Source of the DNA: Dehalococcoidia bacterium
Lineage (GTDB): Bacteria > Chloroflexota > Dehalococcoidia > Lucifugimonadales > UBA3495
DNA: 64,000 nucleotides
NCBI GenBank assembly: GCA_965249215.1
Contig: CBDFLN010000002.1
Coordinates: 186,662-250,661 of the forward strand
Reading direction: 5' to 3'
The number at the start of each line of letters is the position of its first letter. Positions within the stretch are counted from its first letter, which is position 1. A program made the translations under genes and the position numbers. Below, one piece after another: positions 44,884 through 54,515 of the stretch. The notes under the pieces are model-generated. The model was not told the DNA's origin, made no database searches, and saw nothing but the letters and a program-made list of their open reading frames with translations.

Positions 44884-45648
44884 ATGTCCGGTCACTCTAA
44901 ATGGTCAACCATCAAACACCAGAAAGGCGCTGCCGACGCCAAGCGCGGCGCCTTGTTCACCAAGTTGAGCCGCGACATCGCCCTGGCCGTCCGCGACGGC
45001 GGCGGCGCCGACCCGGACATGAACTTCCGCCTTCGCCTGGCCATTGACAAAGCCAAGAGCAGCAACATGCCCCAGGACAACATTCTTCGGAGCGTCAAGC
45101 GCGCCAGCGGCGACGGCGGCGCTGATGAAAACATCGAAGAGGTAATCTACGAAGGGTACGGCCCCGGCGGCGGGGCCATCCTGCTTCAGGCCCTCACCAC
45201 CAATCGCAACCGGACCGCCGCCGACGTCCGGTCTACCTTCACCAGGGGCGGCGGCAACTTGGGGGAAAGCGGCTGCGTCGCCTGGAACTTCGATACCCGG
45301 GGCCTTATTACCGTAGAAGTCCCAGACCCGGACAAGGGCGAGGAGATAAGCCTGCTGGCTATCGACGCCGGCGCCGAGGACGTGAACTTCGAGGACGGCA
45401 TGTTGGAGATTTACACCGCCCCCGAACAACTATTTGAAGTACGCCGGGAGTTGGAATCCGCCGACGCCAAGCCCGAGACCGTGGAGATATCCATGGTCCC
45501 CAAGTCCATCGTGCCCCTGGGCGACCGCGAGGCCGAGCAGACCCTCAAGCTGTTGGACAGTCTGGAGGACCTGGCCGACGTACAAAAGGCCTACACCAAC
45601 GCCGACTTCCCTGCTGAGGTGCTCAAACGATACCAGGAGGAGTCTTAG
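44884..45648 (+). CDS. YebC/PmpR family DNA-binding regulator
   Basis: MSGHSKWSTIKHQKG.. with GGAGG upstream. Confidence 0.9.
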   Translation: MSGHSKWSTIKHQKGAADAKRGALFTKLSRDIALAVRDGGGADPDMNFRLRLAIDKAKSSNMPQDNILRSVKRASGDGGADENIEEVIYEGYGPGGGAILLQALTTNRNRTAADVRSTFTRGGGNLGESGCVAWNFDTRGLITVEVPDPDKGEEISLLAIDAGAEDVNFEDGMLEIYTAPEQLFEVRRELESADAKPETVEISMVPKSIVPLGDREAEQTLKLLDSLEDLADVQKAYTNADFPAEVLKRYQEES

Positions 45649-45673
45649 CCGGTGAGCGGAGGGGCGGAAGCCG

Positions 45674-46195
45674 ATGCTGGTGCTTGGGATTGACCCCGGC
45701 ACCCTGCGCATGGGGTACGGCGTGGTGTCAGAGGACCAACGGCTGCAGGCCGAAGACTACGGCGTCGTCTCCCTCCCCAGCAAAATGCCCTTGGAACAAC
45801 GACTCTACCAGCTATACACCCACGTTCAGAACCTGATCAACGTGTTCAACCCCGACGCCGTGGCGGTGGAGGAGCCTTTCGTAGGCAAAGGCGAGCGCCG
45901 GTTCGCCGGCTCGGCCCTCGCCGTCGGCCAGGCCCAGGCCCTGGTGCTCATCGGCGCCGCCGGCGCCGCGGTTCCCGTGTTCAAGTACCCCCCGGCCCAG
46001 GTCAAGCTGGCGGTGGCCGATTATGGCGCCGCCACCAAGGAACAAATGCGCACCACCATAGCGGCGACCCTGGGATTGACCGATGTCCCAGCCTCCGATG
46101 CCGCCGACGCCCTGTCCGTGGCCCTGTGCCACCTGGTACAGGTGGGGACGGCCGAGGCTCTGGGCCGGGAAATACCCCATGGGATGGAGAGGTAG
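45674..46195 (+). CDS. ruvC: crossover junction endodeoxyribonuclease RuvC
   Basis: MLVLGIDPG.. plus the downstream acidic residues typical of RuvC. Confidence 0.85.
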   Translation: MLVLGIDPGTLRMGYGVVSEDQRLQAEDYGVVSLPSKMPLEQRLYQLYTHVQNLINVFNPDAVAVEEPFVGKGERRFAGSALAVGQAQALVLIGAAGAAVPVFKYPPAQVKLAVADYGAATKEQMRTTIAATLGLTDVPASDAADALSVALCHLVQVGTAEALGREIPHGMER

Positions 46196-46198
46196 TGG

Positions 46199-46780
46199 GT
46201 GATTGTCGGGGTTCAAGGCACCCTTAACGCCGTAGGCCCCGACTGGGTCCATCTGCGCGTCGGCGGCGTAACCCTGCAGGTCTTCGTGCCCGAGACCGCC
46301 ATCGGCGAGTTGGGTCCTGTGGGAGGCCACGTAAGTCTATACACCCACCTGCGACTGCGCGACGAGCAGCCGGTGCTCTACGGCTTCACTACCCACGCGT
46401 CTCTGGAGTTGTTCCTGTTGCTCAACGGTGTTTCCGGCGTCGGCCCCCGGCTGGCCCTGGCCCTGCTGTCCAAGCTGGGCGCATCCACCTTGAACCAGGC
46501 CATCGTCTCCGGCGATATCGCCTCCCTGGCCTCGGCCACCGGCGTGGGCCGCCGCACCGCCAGCCGCATCGTCCTGGACCTCAAGGGTAAAGTCGAGTCC
46601 TACGATTCTGAAGGCTTGCCCGGACAGGCCTCGGACGACGTGGAAGTCATAGCCGCCCTTACCGCCCTTGGCTATTCCAACAACGAAGCCCGCCGCGCTG
46701 TTGCCAATATGGACCGTGGCGAGGATTTGACCCTCGAAGACCGGATTCGCCTCGTCTTGCAGCAACTCGGCGGCGGCTGA
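46199..46780 (+). CDS. ruvA: Holliday junction branch migration protein RuvA
   Basis: MIVGVQGTL..LYGF..ELFLLLNGVSGVGPRLALA HhH motifs. GTG start. Confidence 0.85.
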   Translation: MIVGVQGTLNAVGPDWVHLRVGGVTLQVFVPETAIGELGPVGGHVSLYTHLRLRDEQPVLYGFTTHASLELFLLLNGVSGVGPRLALALLSKLGASTLNQAIVSGDIASLASATGVGRRTASRIVLDLKGKVESYDSEGLPGQASDDVEVIAALTALGYSNNEARRAVANMDRGEDLTLEDRIRLVLQQLGGG

Positions 46781-46980
46781 TGTCGCCCCCGGCGCTTACT
46801 CCGGCTTTGCCCGCTGGCGTGACAGGCGCGGTTCAAGGTATGATTTACGTGGATGCAGGGGTACTGCGTGGATTGTACGCTGCATATCCGGTCTAGGGAG
46901 CCAAAGCGCTGGGTACTTTTTCTCACGACATCAAGTTAATAGCCGCTTCCGGGTTTGACTCGGAGACACTGACCGCTCCG

Positions 46981-47265
46981 GTGGATACCGGGGCAACCTT
47001 CACGTCGGTCCCCAGTCCAATTCTACAACGCCTGGGCGTATCTCCTCAGCGTTTGGTGCGACTGAAGTTGGCCAACGGAGAGGTGTCAGAGCAGCCAATG
47101 GGCGAGGTGTTGGTGGAATTGGACGGCGTGAGGGCTACTGTATTGTGCATTTTTGGCCCGCCGGATGCTCCACCATTAATTGGAGCCCATACTTTGGAAG
47201 CTTTCCTAATGGCAGTTGACCCGGTGGCGCAGCAACTTGTGCCTACGGAAGCGCTCTGGCTCTAA
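46981..47265 (+). CDS. retropepsin-like (clan AA) aspartyl protease, 5-prime end unresolved
   Basis: VDTGATF active-site motif and a ..LIGAHTLEAF.. flap-like region. Family-like sequence continues upstream to 46897 with no canonical start, and there is an in-frame TAG at 46894. Confidence 0.5.
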   Translation: MDTGATFTSVPSPILQRLGVSPQRLVRLKLANGEVSEQPMGEVLVELDGVRATVLCIFGPPDAPPLIGAHTLEAFLMAVDPVAQQLVPTEALWL

Positions 47266-47342
47266 TTGGACGGCTTAACATAAGTTAGTGCGCGACCACA
47301 GGCGTAGCATAGATTTCTTGGAGCAACCGTTTAAGGCTAAAG

Positions 47343-49451
47343 ATGGTCTCTAAAGCTCAAAGACCAGACAACCCGCAAGCCGGCCATAACGGCGGCAACG
47401 GCGCGGCCGCCGGCGCTCCTCCGCTGGAAGCCCGGCCCTTCGAGTTGGTCTCCGATTTCCGCATGACAGGCGATCAGCCTAAAGCTGTGGATCGCCTGGT
47501 CGACGGCATTGTCCAGGGCGCCGACCGGCAGGCCCTCATGGGCGTGACCGGCAGCGGCAAGACCTTCACCATGGCCAACGTCGTCCAGAGGGTGCAACGC
47601 CCCACGTTGGTGATGGCCCACAACAAGACCCTGGCCGCCCAGCTCGCCACCGAGTTCAAAGAGTTCTTTCCCCGCAACGCCGTCGAGTTCTTCGTGTCCT
47701 ACTACGACTATTACCAGCCCGAGGCCTACGTCCCCCAATCCGACACCTACATCGAGAAGGACGCAAGCATCAACGATGAACTGGACAAGCTGCGCCTGTC
47801 GGCCACCACCTCCCTTCTCACCCGCCGCGACGTCTTGATCGTCGCCTCCGTGTCCTGCATCTATGGCCTTGGCGACCCCGAGGACTACTTTCACTTCGTG
47901 GCCCAGCTCAAAGTGGGCGACATCCGCAACCGCAGCCAGTTCGTCCGGCAGCTCGTGGACATGCAGTACGAGCGCAATGACATGGACCTCTCCCGGGGCA
48001 AGTTCCGCGTCCGCGGCGACACCCTGGAACTGGTCCCCGCCTACGAAGAGGCTGCGGTTCGCATCCAGTTCTTTGGCGACGAGGTCGAGCGCATCGTCCA
48101 GGTAGACCCCCTGACCGGCGAGTTCCTGGGCGAGAAGCAGGACATCTACATCTTCCCAGCCAACCACTTCGTCACTCCCAAGGAAAAGCTGGAGCTGGCC
48201 GTCAAAGACATCAGGGTGGAGTTGGAAGAGCAACTCAGCGTTCTGCGCAGCCGGGGCAAGGTGCTGGAGGCAGCCCGTCTAGAGAGCCGCACAAATTATG
48301 ACCTGGAGATGCTCCAAGAGACGGGCTTTTGCTCCGGCGTGGAAAACTACTCCCGCCACCTGGCCCAGCGCGCTGCCGGCAGCACCCCCTGGACCCTGCT
48401 CGACTACTTCCCCGACGACTACCTGCTCTTCGTCGACGAGTCCCACATGATGCTGCCCCAGATTCGCGGCATGTTCCACGGAGACATGTCCCGCAAGAAG
48501 ACCCTGGTCGAGTACGGCTTCCGCCTGCCATCAGCCCTGGACAACCGGCCGCTCAACTTTGATGAATACGAATCGCGGACCAACCAGGTCGTCTACGTGT
48601 CGGCGACTCCGAGCCCATACGAGTTGAAGCACAGTTCCGCCGTTGTCGAGCAGGTGATCCGGCCCACCGGGCTGCTCGACCCCACCGTTGAGGTCAAGCC
48701 GACTACGGGCCAGATCGACGACCTACTGCAGCAGATCAAGCTCCGGGTCGATCTGACCGAACGGTGCTTGGTCACTACCCTGACCAAGCGGATGGCGGAA
48801 GAGTTGGCCGACTATCTGTCCGAGATGGGCATCCGCAACCACTACTTGCACTCCGACGTCCAGACCCTCGACCGGGTGGAGATTCTCCGTGACCTGCGGC
48901 TGGGCGTCTACGACGTCATAGTGGGCATCAACCTGCTGCGCGAGGGCCTGGATTTGCCTGAGGTCAGCCTTGTGGCTATCCTGGACGCCGACAAAGAGGG
49001 CTACCTGCGGTCTGGCACTTCTATGATTCAGACCATCGGCCGGGCGGCCCGCCACTCCAACGGGCACGTCATCATGTACGCCGACCGGATTACCGATTCC
49101 ATGAAGCGGGCCATCGACGAGACCAACCGCCGCCGGACTATCCAGGACGACTTCAACCGGGAAAAGGGCATCCAACCCCAGAGCATCCAGAAGGAAGTCC
49201 ACGACATCACCGAGAGCATCAAGGGCATCGCCGACAACCGCGCCCGCTACCATGTCGCCCGCCAGGAGATGTCCCGGTCCGACATGTTCCGGGTGGTCAA
49301 GGACCTGGAAACCCAGATGAAGGAAGCGGCCAGGAACCTGCAATTCGAGAAGGCGGCCCAGTTCCGCGACGAGGTCTTCGAGCTGCGCCGCCTGCTGGCC
49401 CTGGAAGAAAAGACCCTGGCTCCCGCGGCGCTGGAAACCAGCGGCGAATAG
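47343..49451 (+). CDS. uvrB: excinuclease ABC subunit B
   Basis: GVTGSGKTF Walker A, a long helicase core and a C-terminal UVR motif ..[10 protein letters not shown].. Confidence 0.95.
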   Translation: MVSKAQRPDNPQAGHNGGNGAAAGAPPLEARPFELVSDFRMTGDQPKAVDRLVDGIVQGADRQALMGVTGSGKTFTMANVVQRVQRPTLVMAHNKTLAAQLATEFKEFFPRNAVEFFVSYYDYYQPEAYVPQSDTYIEKDASINDELDKLRLSATTSLLTRRDVLIVASVSCIYGLGDPEDYFHFVAQLKVGDIRNRSQFVRQLVDMQYERNDMDLSRGKFRVRGDTLELVPAYEEAAVRIQFFGDEVERIVQVDPLTGEFLGEKQDIYIFPANHFVTPKEKLELAVKDIRVELEEQLSVLRSRGKVLEAARLESRTNYDLEMLQETGFCSGVENYSRHLAQRAAGSTPWTLLDYFPDDYLLFVDESHMMLPQIRGMFHGDMSRKKTLVEYGFRLPSALDNRPLNFDEYESRTNQVVYVSATPSPYELKHSSAVVEQVIRPTGLLDPTVEVKPTTGQIDDLLQQIKLRVDLTERCLVTTLTKRMAEELADYLSEMGIRNHYLHSDVQTLDRVEILRDLRLGVYDVIVGINLLREGLDLPEVSLVAILDADKEGYLRSGTSMIQTIGRAARHSNGHVIMYADRITDSMKRAIDETNRRRTIQDDFNREKGIQPQSIQKEVHDITESIKGIADNRARYHVARQEMSRSDMFRVVKDLETQMKEAARNLQFEKAAQFRDEVFELRRLLALEEKTLAPAALETSGE

Positions 49452-49534
49452 ACGCCTAGGGGGCAGCACCAGAAGACGGCTGGTGTGCCCTTATTCCTGA
49501 GCTGGTTCACGCCTCAGCCCGAGCCGTGCCCGCA

Positions 49535-50225
49535 GCCAATGTCACCTCGAGCGGTACAACCCCAACCCCCAACCCATGTCACCCCGAGTGAAGCGAGGGG
49601 TCCGGGGCGAGGGGGAAGCGTCCGCCGGCCACTAAGGCAGCAGGGACACTCTCAGACCCGAGCGATGCAACCCCGAACCCCAACCCACGCCACCCCTAGC
49701 GGTGCGCCTCCCAAAAACCCAGCCAATGTCACCCCGAGTGAAGCGAGGGGTCTGGGGTGGAGGGGGAGCGTCCGCCGCCCACTAAGTCATCAGTGACACC
49801 GTCAGACCCGAGCGATGCAACCCCGAACCCCAACCCACGCCACCCCTAGCGGTGCGCCTCCCAAAAACCCAGCCAATGTCACCCCGAGTGAAGCGAGGGG
49901 TCCGGGGTGGAGGGGGAAGCGTCCGCCGCCCCCTAGGGCAGCCGTGACACCGTCAGACCCGAGCGATGCAACCCCGAACCCCAACCCACGCCACCCCTAG
50001 CGGTGCGCCTCCCAAAAACCCAGCCAATGTCACCCCGAGTGAAGCGAGGGGTCCGGGGTGGAGGGGGAAGCGTCCGCCGCCCCCTAGGGCAGCCGTGACA
50101 CCGTCAGACCCGAGCGATGCAACCCCGAACCCCAACCCACGCCACCCCTAGCGGTGCACCTCCCAAGAACCCAGCCAATGTCACCCCGAGTGAAGCGAGG
50201 GGTCTGGGGCGGATGAGGGGGAGCC
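49535..50225. repeat. 150-151-bp tandem repeat, about 4.5 copies (family B)
   Basis: The landmark GTCACCCCGAGTGAAGCGAGGGGT recurs at 49578, 49728, 49878, 50029 and 50180. Copies 3 and 4 are essentially identical. Confidence 0.9.
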
Positions 50226-50507
50226 GGTTGTCCCGGAAGCCAAATCCTGCCAGTAGGGATTCATCGCCTCGATAATAGCGACTTTCTTAGCTCGCCGCCA
50301 ACCCTTGATTTCCTTCTCCCGCGTGATTGCGGAATAAACGTCCCCTGTAGCCTCAAAATAGACCAGCTTGGAAACCTTGTATTTCCTTGTGAACCGGCCG
50401 CCAAGGCCGTGCTTGTGCTCATGTAATCGACGTTCAAGGTTGTTGGTAACACCGGCGTAAAGGGCGCCGCGAAAGCTGGCCAGTATATATACGTAGTATT
50501 GCGCCAA
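50181..50507 (-). CDS. GIY-YIG nuclease family protein
   Basis: YYVYILAS..GALYAGVTNNLERRLHEHK. The C-terminal ~12 codons run into the last family-B repeat unit. Confidence 0.8.
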   Translation of the reverse strand: MAQYYVYILASFRGALYAGVTNNLERRLHEHKHGLGGRFTRKYKVSKLVYFEATGDVYSAITREKEIKGWRRAKKVAIIEAMNPYWQDLASGTTGSPSSAPDPSLHSG

Positions 50508-50682
50508 GGAGGCCCCCTACCCCAGATTCCTCACCCGCCTGGGGCGGGTTCGGAATGACAAGTATTTACGCGGCGTGGTCGGGAATGACGAGTACGTATG
50601 CGGCGTGGTCGGGAACGACAGGCCCTGGTAGTGCGTACCGGTAGTCGCGTTTTCTGGTGGGTCGAGTCGTAAGAGGCGGCTG

Positions 50683-51546
50683 TTACCCCGCGGCCCGGCG
50701 CAGCTGCTCCAACACCGCCCCGTTTTCCTCGGCGCTGAAGCCGTCCACGGCGGGAATCGCCTCGCCGGTGGTGCCGTCAACGATGCCCATTTCCACCATC
50801 CGGTCCAGCACCTCGGTCTCGTGTTCCACCGAGGGCAGCAGGTCTTTGCCCGTAAGCTGCGACAACGCCGCCACCAGTCCGTAGCCTCCCCAGTTGGAGA
50901 CGCTGGCGATAATCAGCCTGTCGACCGTGACCACCGAAGGGTTGTTGGGCAGGCGTTCGACGGCGGGAATTACCTCCGCCAGGTTCCCCATGCCAATCTC
51001 GTTGCCCCCGTCGCCGATGGCCACCGACGGTATCTCCGACTCGAACAAATAGTCCACCCTGGCGGTGTGCGGAGTAATGTCCACGTCCCGCATGTTCAGG
51101 TAGGTCTCGTCCTTGGTCCGGCCGCTGCGCTCGATGGACACCAGCAGGTCGGGCTGCAAGCGTTCCAAGAGTTGCGCGGCGTTCCGCCGGCTGGTCTCCA
51201 CGTCGGCGATGGGGAACTCAACCACTTCGGCGCCGTCGCCGGCCAGCTGCCGCAGCGCGGTCACCGTGAAGGAGTCGGTCACGTAGGTAACTTGGCGGCC
51301 CAGGGACTGCAGGGCTTGGCCGATGGCTATGGCCCCGGCGGGGCCGTCCGTTTCGGGCCCGCCCGACATGGTGATGTAGTAGCCCGTGACGATGACCGCG
51401 TGGCCCGGGTGCTCCAGAACGTAGCGGGCCGCGTCCCGGCAGAAATCCGCAGGCAGGTGGGGGCGCAACTCCGCCACTCCCCGCTTGTCCTGCTGCAAAA
51501 TAAGGTCTTCTATGGACTGGCTCATAGCCGCGTCGTCATCCTCCAT
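50683..51546 (-). CDS. DUF4392 domain protein (D-glutamate cyclase-like N-terminal module)
   Basis: 287 aa. Recognised from general family memory and from its pairing with the DUF1445 gene. No sharp motif to cite. Confidence 0.5.
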   Translation of the reverse strand: MEDDDAAMSQSIEDLILQQDKRGVAELRPHLPADFCRDAARYVLEHPGHAVIVTGYYITMSGGPETDGPAGAIAIGQALQSLGRQVTYVTDSFTVTALRQLAGDGAEVVEFPIADVETSRRNAAQLLERLQPDLLVSIERSGRTKDETYLNMRDVDITPHTARVDYLFESEIPSVAIGDGGNEIGMGNLAEVIPAVERLPNNPSVVTVDRLIIASVSNWGGYGLVAALSQLTGKDLLPSVEHETEVLDRMVEMGIVDGTTGEAIPAVDGFSAEENGAVLEQLRRAAG

Positions 51547-51616
51547 GGGATAGGTCTGAAGCCGGGGTCAGTGGACGGGCCTATGGCTCCCAAAGTCCCA
51601 ATGCCTCGTTAGACTC

Positions 51617-52411
51617 CTAAAGGACTGCGTAGTCCACGTCCCGCTGGTCGGTGATGAACATCTTGCCTGGGCCGTGGGTCAGCATCAACGGGGGCTTGCA
51701 GTTAAGCGCCACCGCTTGCGGCGTCACCCCGCAGGCCCAGAACACCGGCTCCTCGCCCGGCAGCACCTCCACCGGGTCTCCGAAATCGGGCCGGTCCAGG
51801 TCCTTTATCCCGATGGCCCCAGGGTCGCCGATGTGCACCGGCGCTCCGTGGGTTGCGGGGAATCGGGACGTGACCTGCACCGCCCGCACTATCTGGTCGC
51901 GTTTTATCGGCCGCATGCTCACCACCATCGGACCCGAAAATACCCCCGCCGGAGTGGTCGCGATATTGGTGATGTACATCGAAACGTTGCACTGCTTGTC
52001 CTGGTGCCGCAGGGGAATCCCCGCCTCCACCATGGCGGTCTCGAAAGAGAAGCTGCAGCCCAGCAGGAAGGACACCAGGTCGTCCCGCCAGTAGTCCACC
52101 AGCGACTCCACCTGTGCGGTGAACTCGCCGCGCTCGTACACCCGGTACGCCGGCAGGTCTGTGCGGATGTCCGCTCCGGGCGCCGTCAACTTGGGCTCCG
52201 TCTGACCCGGCTCCAGCACCTCCAGCAACGGGCACGGTTTGGGGTTGCGCTGGCAAAACAGCAGAAAGTCGAAGGCCAGGTCCTTGGGGAGGATGGCCAG
52301 GTTGGCCTGCACGTGTCCCGGGGCCACGCCCGACGTCACTCCCCGCCACTGGCCACAGCGTATAAGTTGCCTTACCTCGCTGGCTGCTTCCGGCAATACC
52401 TGGGTCGTCAT
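51617..52411 (-). CDS. DUF1445/UPF0317 putative hydro-lyase (D-glutamate cyclase-like)
   Basis: ..GVAPGHVQANLAILPKDLAFDFLLFCQRNPKPCPLLEV.. closely matches the family signature as I remember it. Confidence 0.75.
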   Translation of the reverse strand: MTTQVLPEAASEVRQLIRCGQWRGVTSGVAPGHVQANLAILPKDLAFDFLLFCQRNPKPCPLLEVLEPGQTEPKLTAPGADIRTDLPAYRVYERGEFTAQVESLVDYWRDDLVSFLLGCSFSFETAMVEAGIPLRHQDKQCNVSMYITNIATTPAGVFSGPMVVSMRPIKRDQIVRAVQVTSRFPATHGAPVHIGDPGAIGIKDLDRPDFGDPVEVLPGEEPVFWACGVTPQAVALNCKPPLMLTHGPGKMFITDQRDVDYAVL

Positions 52412-52777
52412 GCAAGTCCCCCTCTATCGTCGCTCAGTATCCGGCATGGGACGCTGGTGTTCCGGTTGTGCCGGACTTTCCGCCAGCCAAGAAAGACCAT
52501 AGGCGTCTTCTTTAGCTGTCATCATAATAAGAGAGCCAGGCCCAGTCAATTTGTCTCTATCCGGCGTTGGGGCAATGTGAGCGTCGGGACTGAAAATTCT
52601 ACCTCCCCTCCCATTTCGGGTCGCCGGAGGTCTTGGAGTTGAGGCGCGGGGCTGGTTTTCGTTGCAACGGATGGCGAACGAATGGGCCATCTGCGCCCGT
52701 CAAGACCCATCAGGCCTTAGTTTGAGGACGGGCCTTCGGGGCTGTCAACGGAGAGTTGACAGTGGAAGAGAGGGCGT

Positions 52778-53206
52778 TCAGGCCAAGACAGGGTTGTCAA
52801 GAGTAACGACCGAGTCGCCGTGTTCCGTCGCTGCCAGCGCGTTGGCGAAGCGGGCGTCTGCCGTCACCAGCGTCGCACCCACCCGATGCGCCAATGCCAG
52901 ATACAAACAGTCATACACCGGCCGCTCCAGTGCAAGCGCCAGGCGGACCGCCTCCGGACTGTACTCTTCATCCTCTGACCAACGAACAGGTGCGTCTGAA
53001 ATTGCCGCCGCTAGGGTTCCGGCTCTGCTGCGCTCCAGCTCCCCTGTCCGAACCTTGCGCCACAGTGCGTTACCGACCTCCGACGCCAGCAGGCGAGGAG
53101 CATGGAGCTCATGACGGCTTTCAAGCAACCGACCGGCTTCGGCGGAGTACTCTTCTTCTACAAACCATTTGACCGCTACGCTGGCGTCCACCACCAGGCG
53201 CATCAT
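52778..53206 (-). CDS. vapC: PIN-domain toxin VapC
   Basis: RLVVDASVAVKW.. and ..TLVTADARF.. acidic motifs. 4-nt overlap with the antitoxin gene. Confidence 0.8.
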   Translation of the reverse strand: MMRLVVDASVAVKWFVEEEYSAEAGRLLESRHELHAPRLLASEVGNALWRKVRTGELERSRAGTLAAAISDAPVRWSEDEEYSPEAVRLALALERPVYDCLYLALAHRVGATLVTADARFANALAATEHGDSVVTLDNPVLA

Positions 53207-53460
53207 GTATCCCTATGGCCGCTTTCGCGGTCTTCACGAATCAGCATGTATGAAGGCGTCTGAGGAAGTACGGGAGTTTCTTTGCGCAATCTTTCGGACA
53301 GGTCTCGGAACGCTCTGACCTTTTCCTCCATCCCGTCCTGCGCCGCCTCCTCCAAAATGTGGCGCGCCTCGCCCTCCAGGGAACGGTTGTTCGCGGCGGC
53401 GCGGAGTTTCAGCCGTCTGACTACGTCATCGTCCAGGCGTCGCACGTGTACGGTCCCCAT
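53203..53460 (-). CDS. vapB: VapB/FitA-like antitoxin
   Basis: VHVRRLDDDVVRRLKLRAAANNRSLEGEARHIL is the typical FitA/Arc-like N-terminus. Confidence 0.75.
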   Translation of the reverse strand: MGTVHVRRLDDDVVRRLKLRAAANNRSLEGEARHILEEAAQDGMEEKVRAFRDLSERLRKETPVLPQTPSYMLIREDRESGHRDT

Positions 53461-53567
53461 GACTTACCCCCCGAGTGGTGTGCTAACAATATGGTAGCAT
53501 GATTCTATAGTGATGCAACGGCCCGCTGAAGATGGCAGGCGACATGTTTTGCGGCACTAAGTCCGAT

Positions 53568-53688
53568 AGCCCGTTCGTGGTGAGCCCTTCGACAAGCTCA
53601 GGACAGGACTCTCGAACCAAACGAGCGGGCGGATGCGGAGATGTTCGTGTCCTTCGACCAACTCAGGGCGAACGGGGGGCTGGGCCTT
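53568..53688. repeat. solitary family A REP/MITE-like element
   Basis: AGCCCGTTCGTGGTGAGCCCTTCGACAAGCTCAGGACAGG...CTCGAACCAAACGAGCGGGCGG shares its motifs with 7785-8157, 10031-10104 and 32771-33215. Confidence 0.7.
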
Positions 53689-53831
53689 ATTCTATCAAGT
53701 CATATTGCGTCGCAGCCCCGCCCACCAAACGCCCGTGGTATCGGGTGATATACTTTTCTGTGTGCTCTGACGCTTCCTGAATCGCATGAAGCTACGGCTG
53801 TGTCTTCAAACCTGAGTATTAACGAGTTGCG

Positions 53832-54515
53832 GTGTTGGACTTACCGGTACATAGGGTAGCCTTGCTGGCGGGCCAGGACAACGGCGTCGGCCCCCTGGTG
53901 GACATGCTCGACCGTGCCGGCTTGGCTTGCCTGCGCGGCTCCGACCTGACCGATCTGGACGGCGACGGCGCGGAGCGGCAGCCGGAGGCCGCCCTCGTCG
54001 ACCTGGCGTCCCTCGACCTGGCACAGGGCAGGCTCTTGATTGAACAGTGCAAAGAGCTCCGGATACCGGTTTTGGCCCTAGCGTCCCTGGACGGCGAGTC
54101 CGAGTACGACCCCTCCCTGAACCCCGACGAGCTGGTCTTTTATCCCGTCCGCGAGGCCGAGCTGTTCCCCAGGCTCAAGCAGGCCGTCTATCGGGTCAGG
54201 GGCCCCGCAAGTTCCCAGTTGCTGCGGGCCAGGGAGTTGACCATCGACCTGGAACGCTACGACGTAACGGTCGCCGGCCGGCGAGTTGCGCTGAAGTACA
54301 AGGAATTCCAGTTGCTGGTGCTGCTGGCTTCCAATCCGGGCCGGGTCTATTCACGGGAGTCCCTGCTCAGCCAGGTGTGGGAATACGACTACCTGGGCGG
54401 CACCCGCACCGTCGACGTTCACGTGCGCCGCCTGCGCTCCAAGATAGAGTCTCCCGGCCGCACGTTTATAGAGACCATCTACCAAGTAGGCTACCGCTTC
54501 AAAGCCCCGGACTAG
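53832..54515 (+). CDS. OmpR/PhoB-type winged-helix regulator with atypical receiver domain
   Basis: The C-terminal ..LKYKEFQLLVLLASNPGRVYSRESLLSQVWEYDY..TVDVHVRRLRSKIE..VGYRF is canonical. The N-terminal receiver lacks the DD pair and the conserved Lys. Confidence 0.75.
   Translation: MLDLPVHRVALLAGQDNGVGPLVDMLDRAGLACLRGSDLTDLDGDGAERQPEAALVDLASLDLAQGRLLIEQCKELRIPVLALASLDGESEYDPSLNPDELVFYPVREAELFPRLKQAVYRVRGPASSQLLRARELTIDLERYDVTVAGRRVALKYKEFQLLVLLASNPGRVYSRESLLSQVWEYDYLGGTRTVDVHVRRLRSKIESPGRTFIETIYQVGYRFKAPD

Noticed and set aside
49535-50225. Possible CRISPR array or rRNA/tRNA-related repeat
   Set aside because: The 150-bp units are head-to-tail with no spacers. No tRNA-like or cas features are present.
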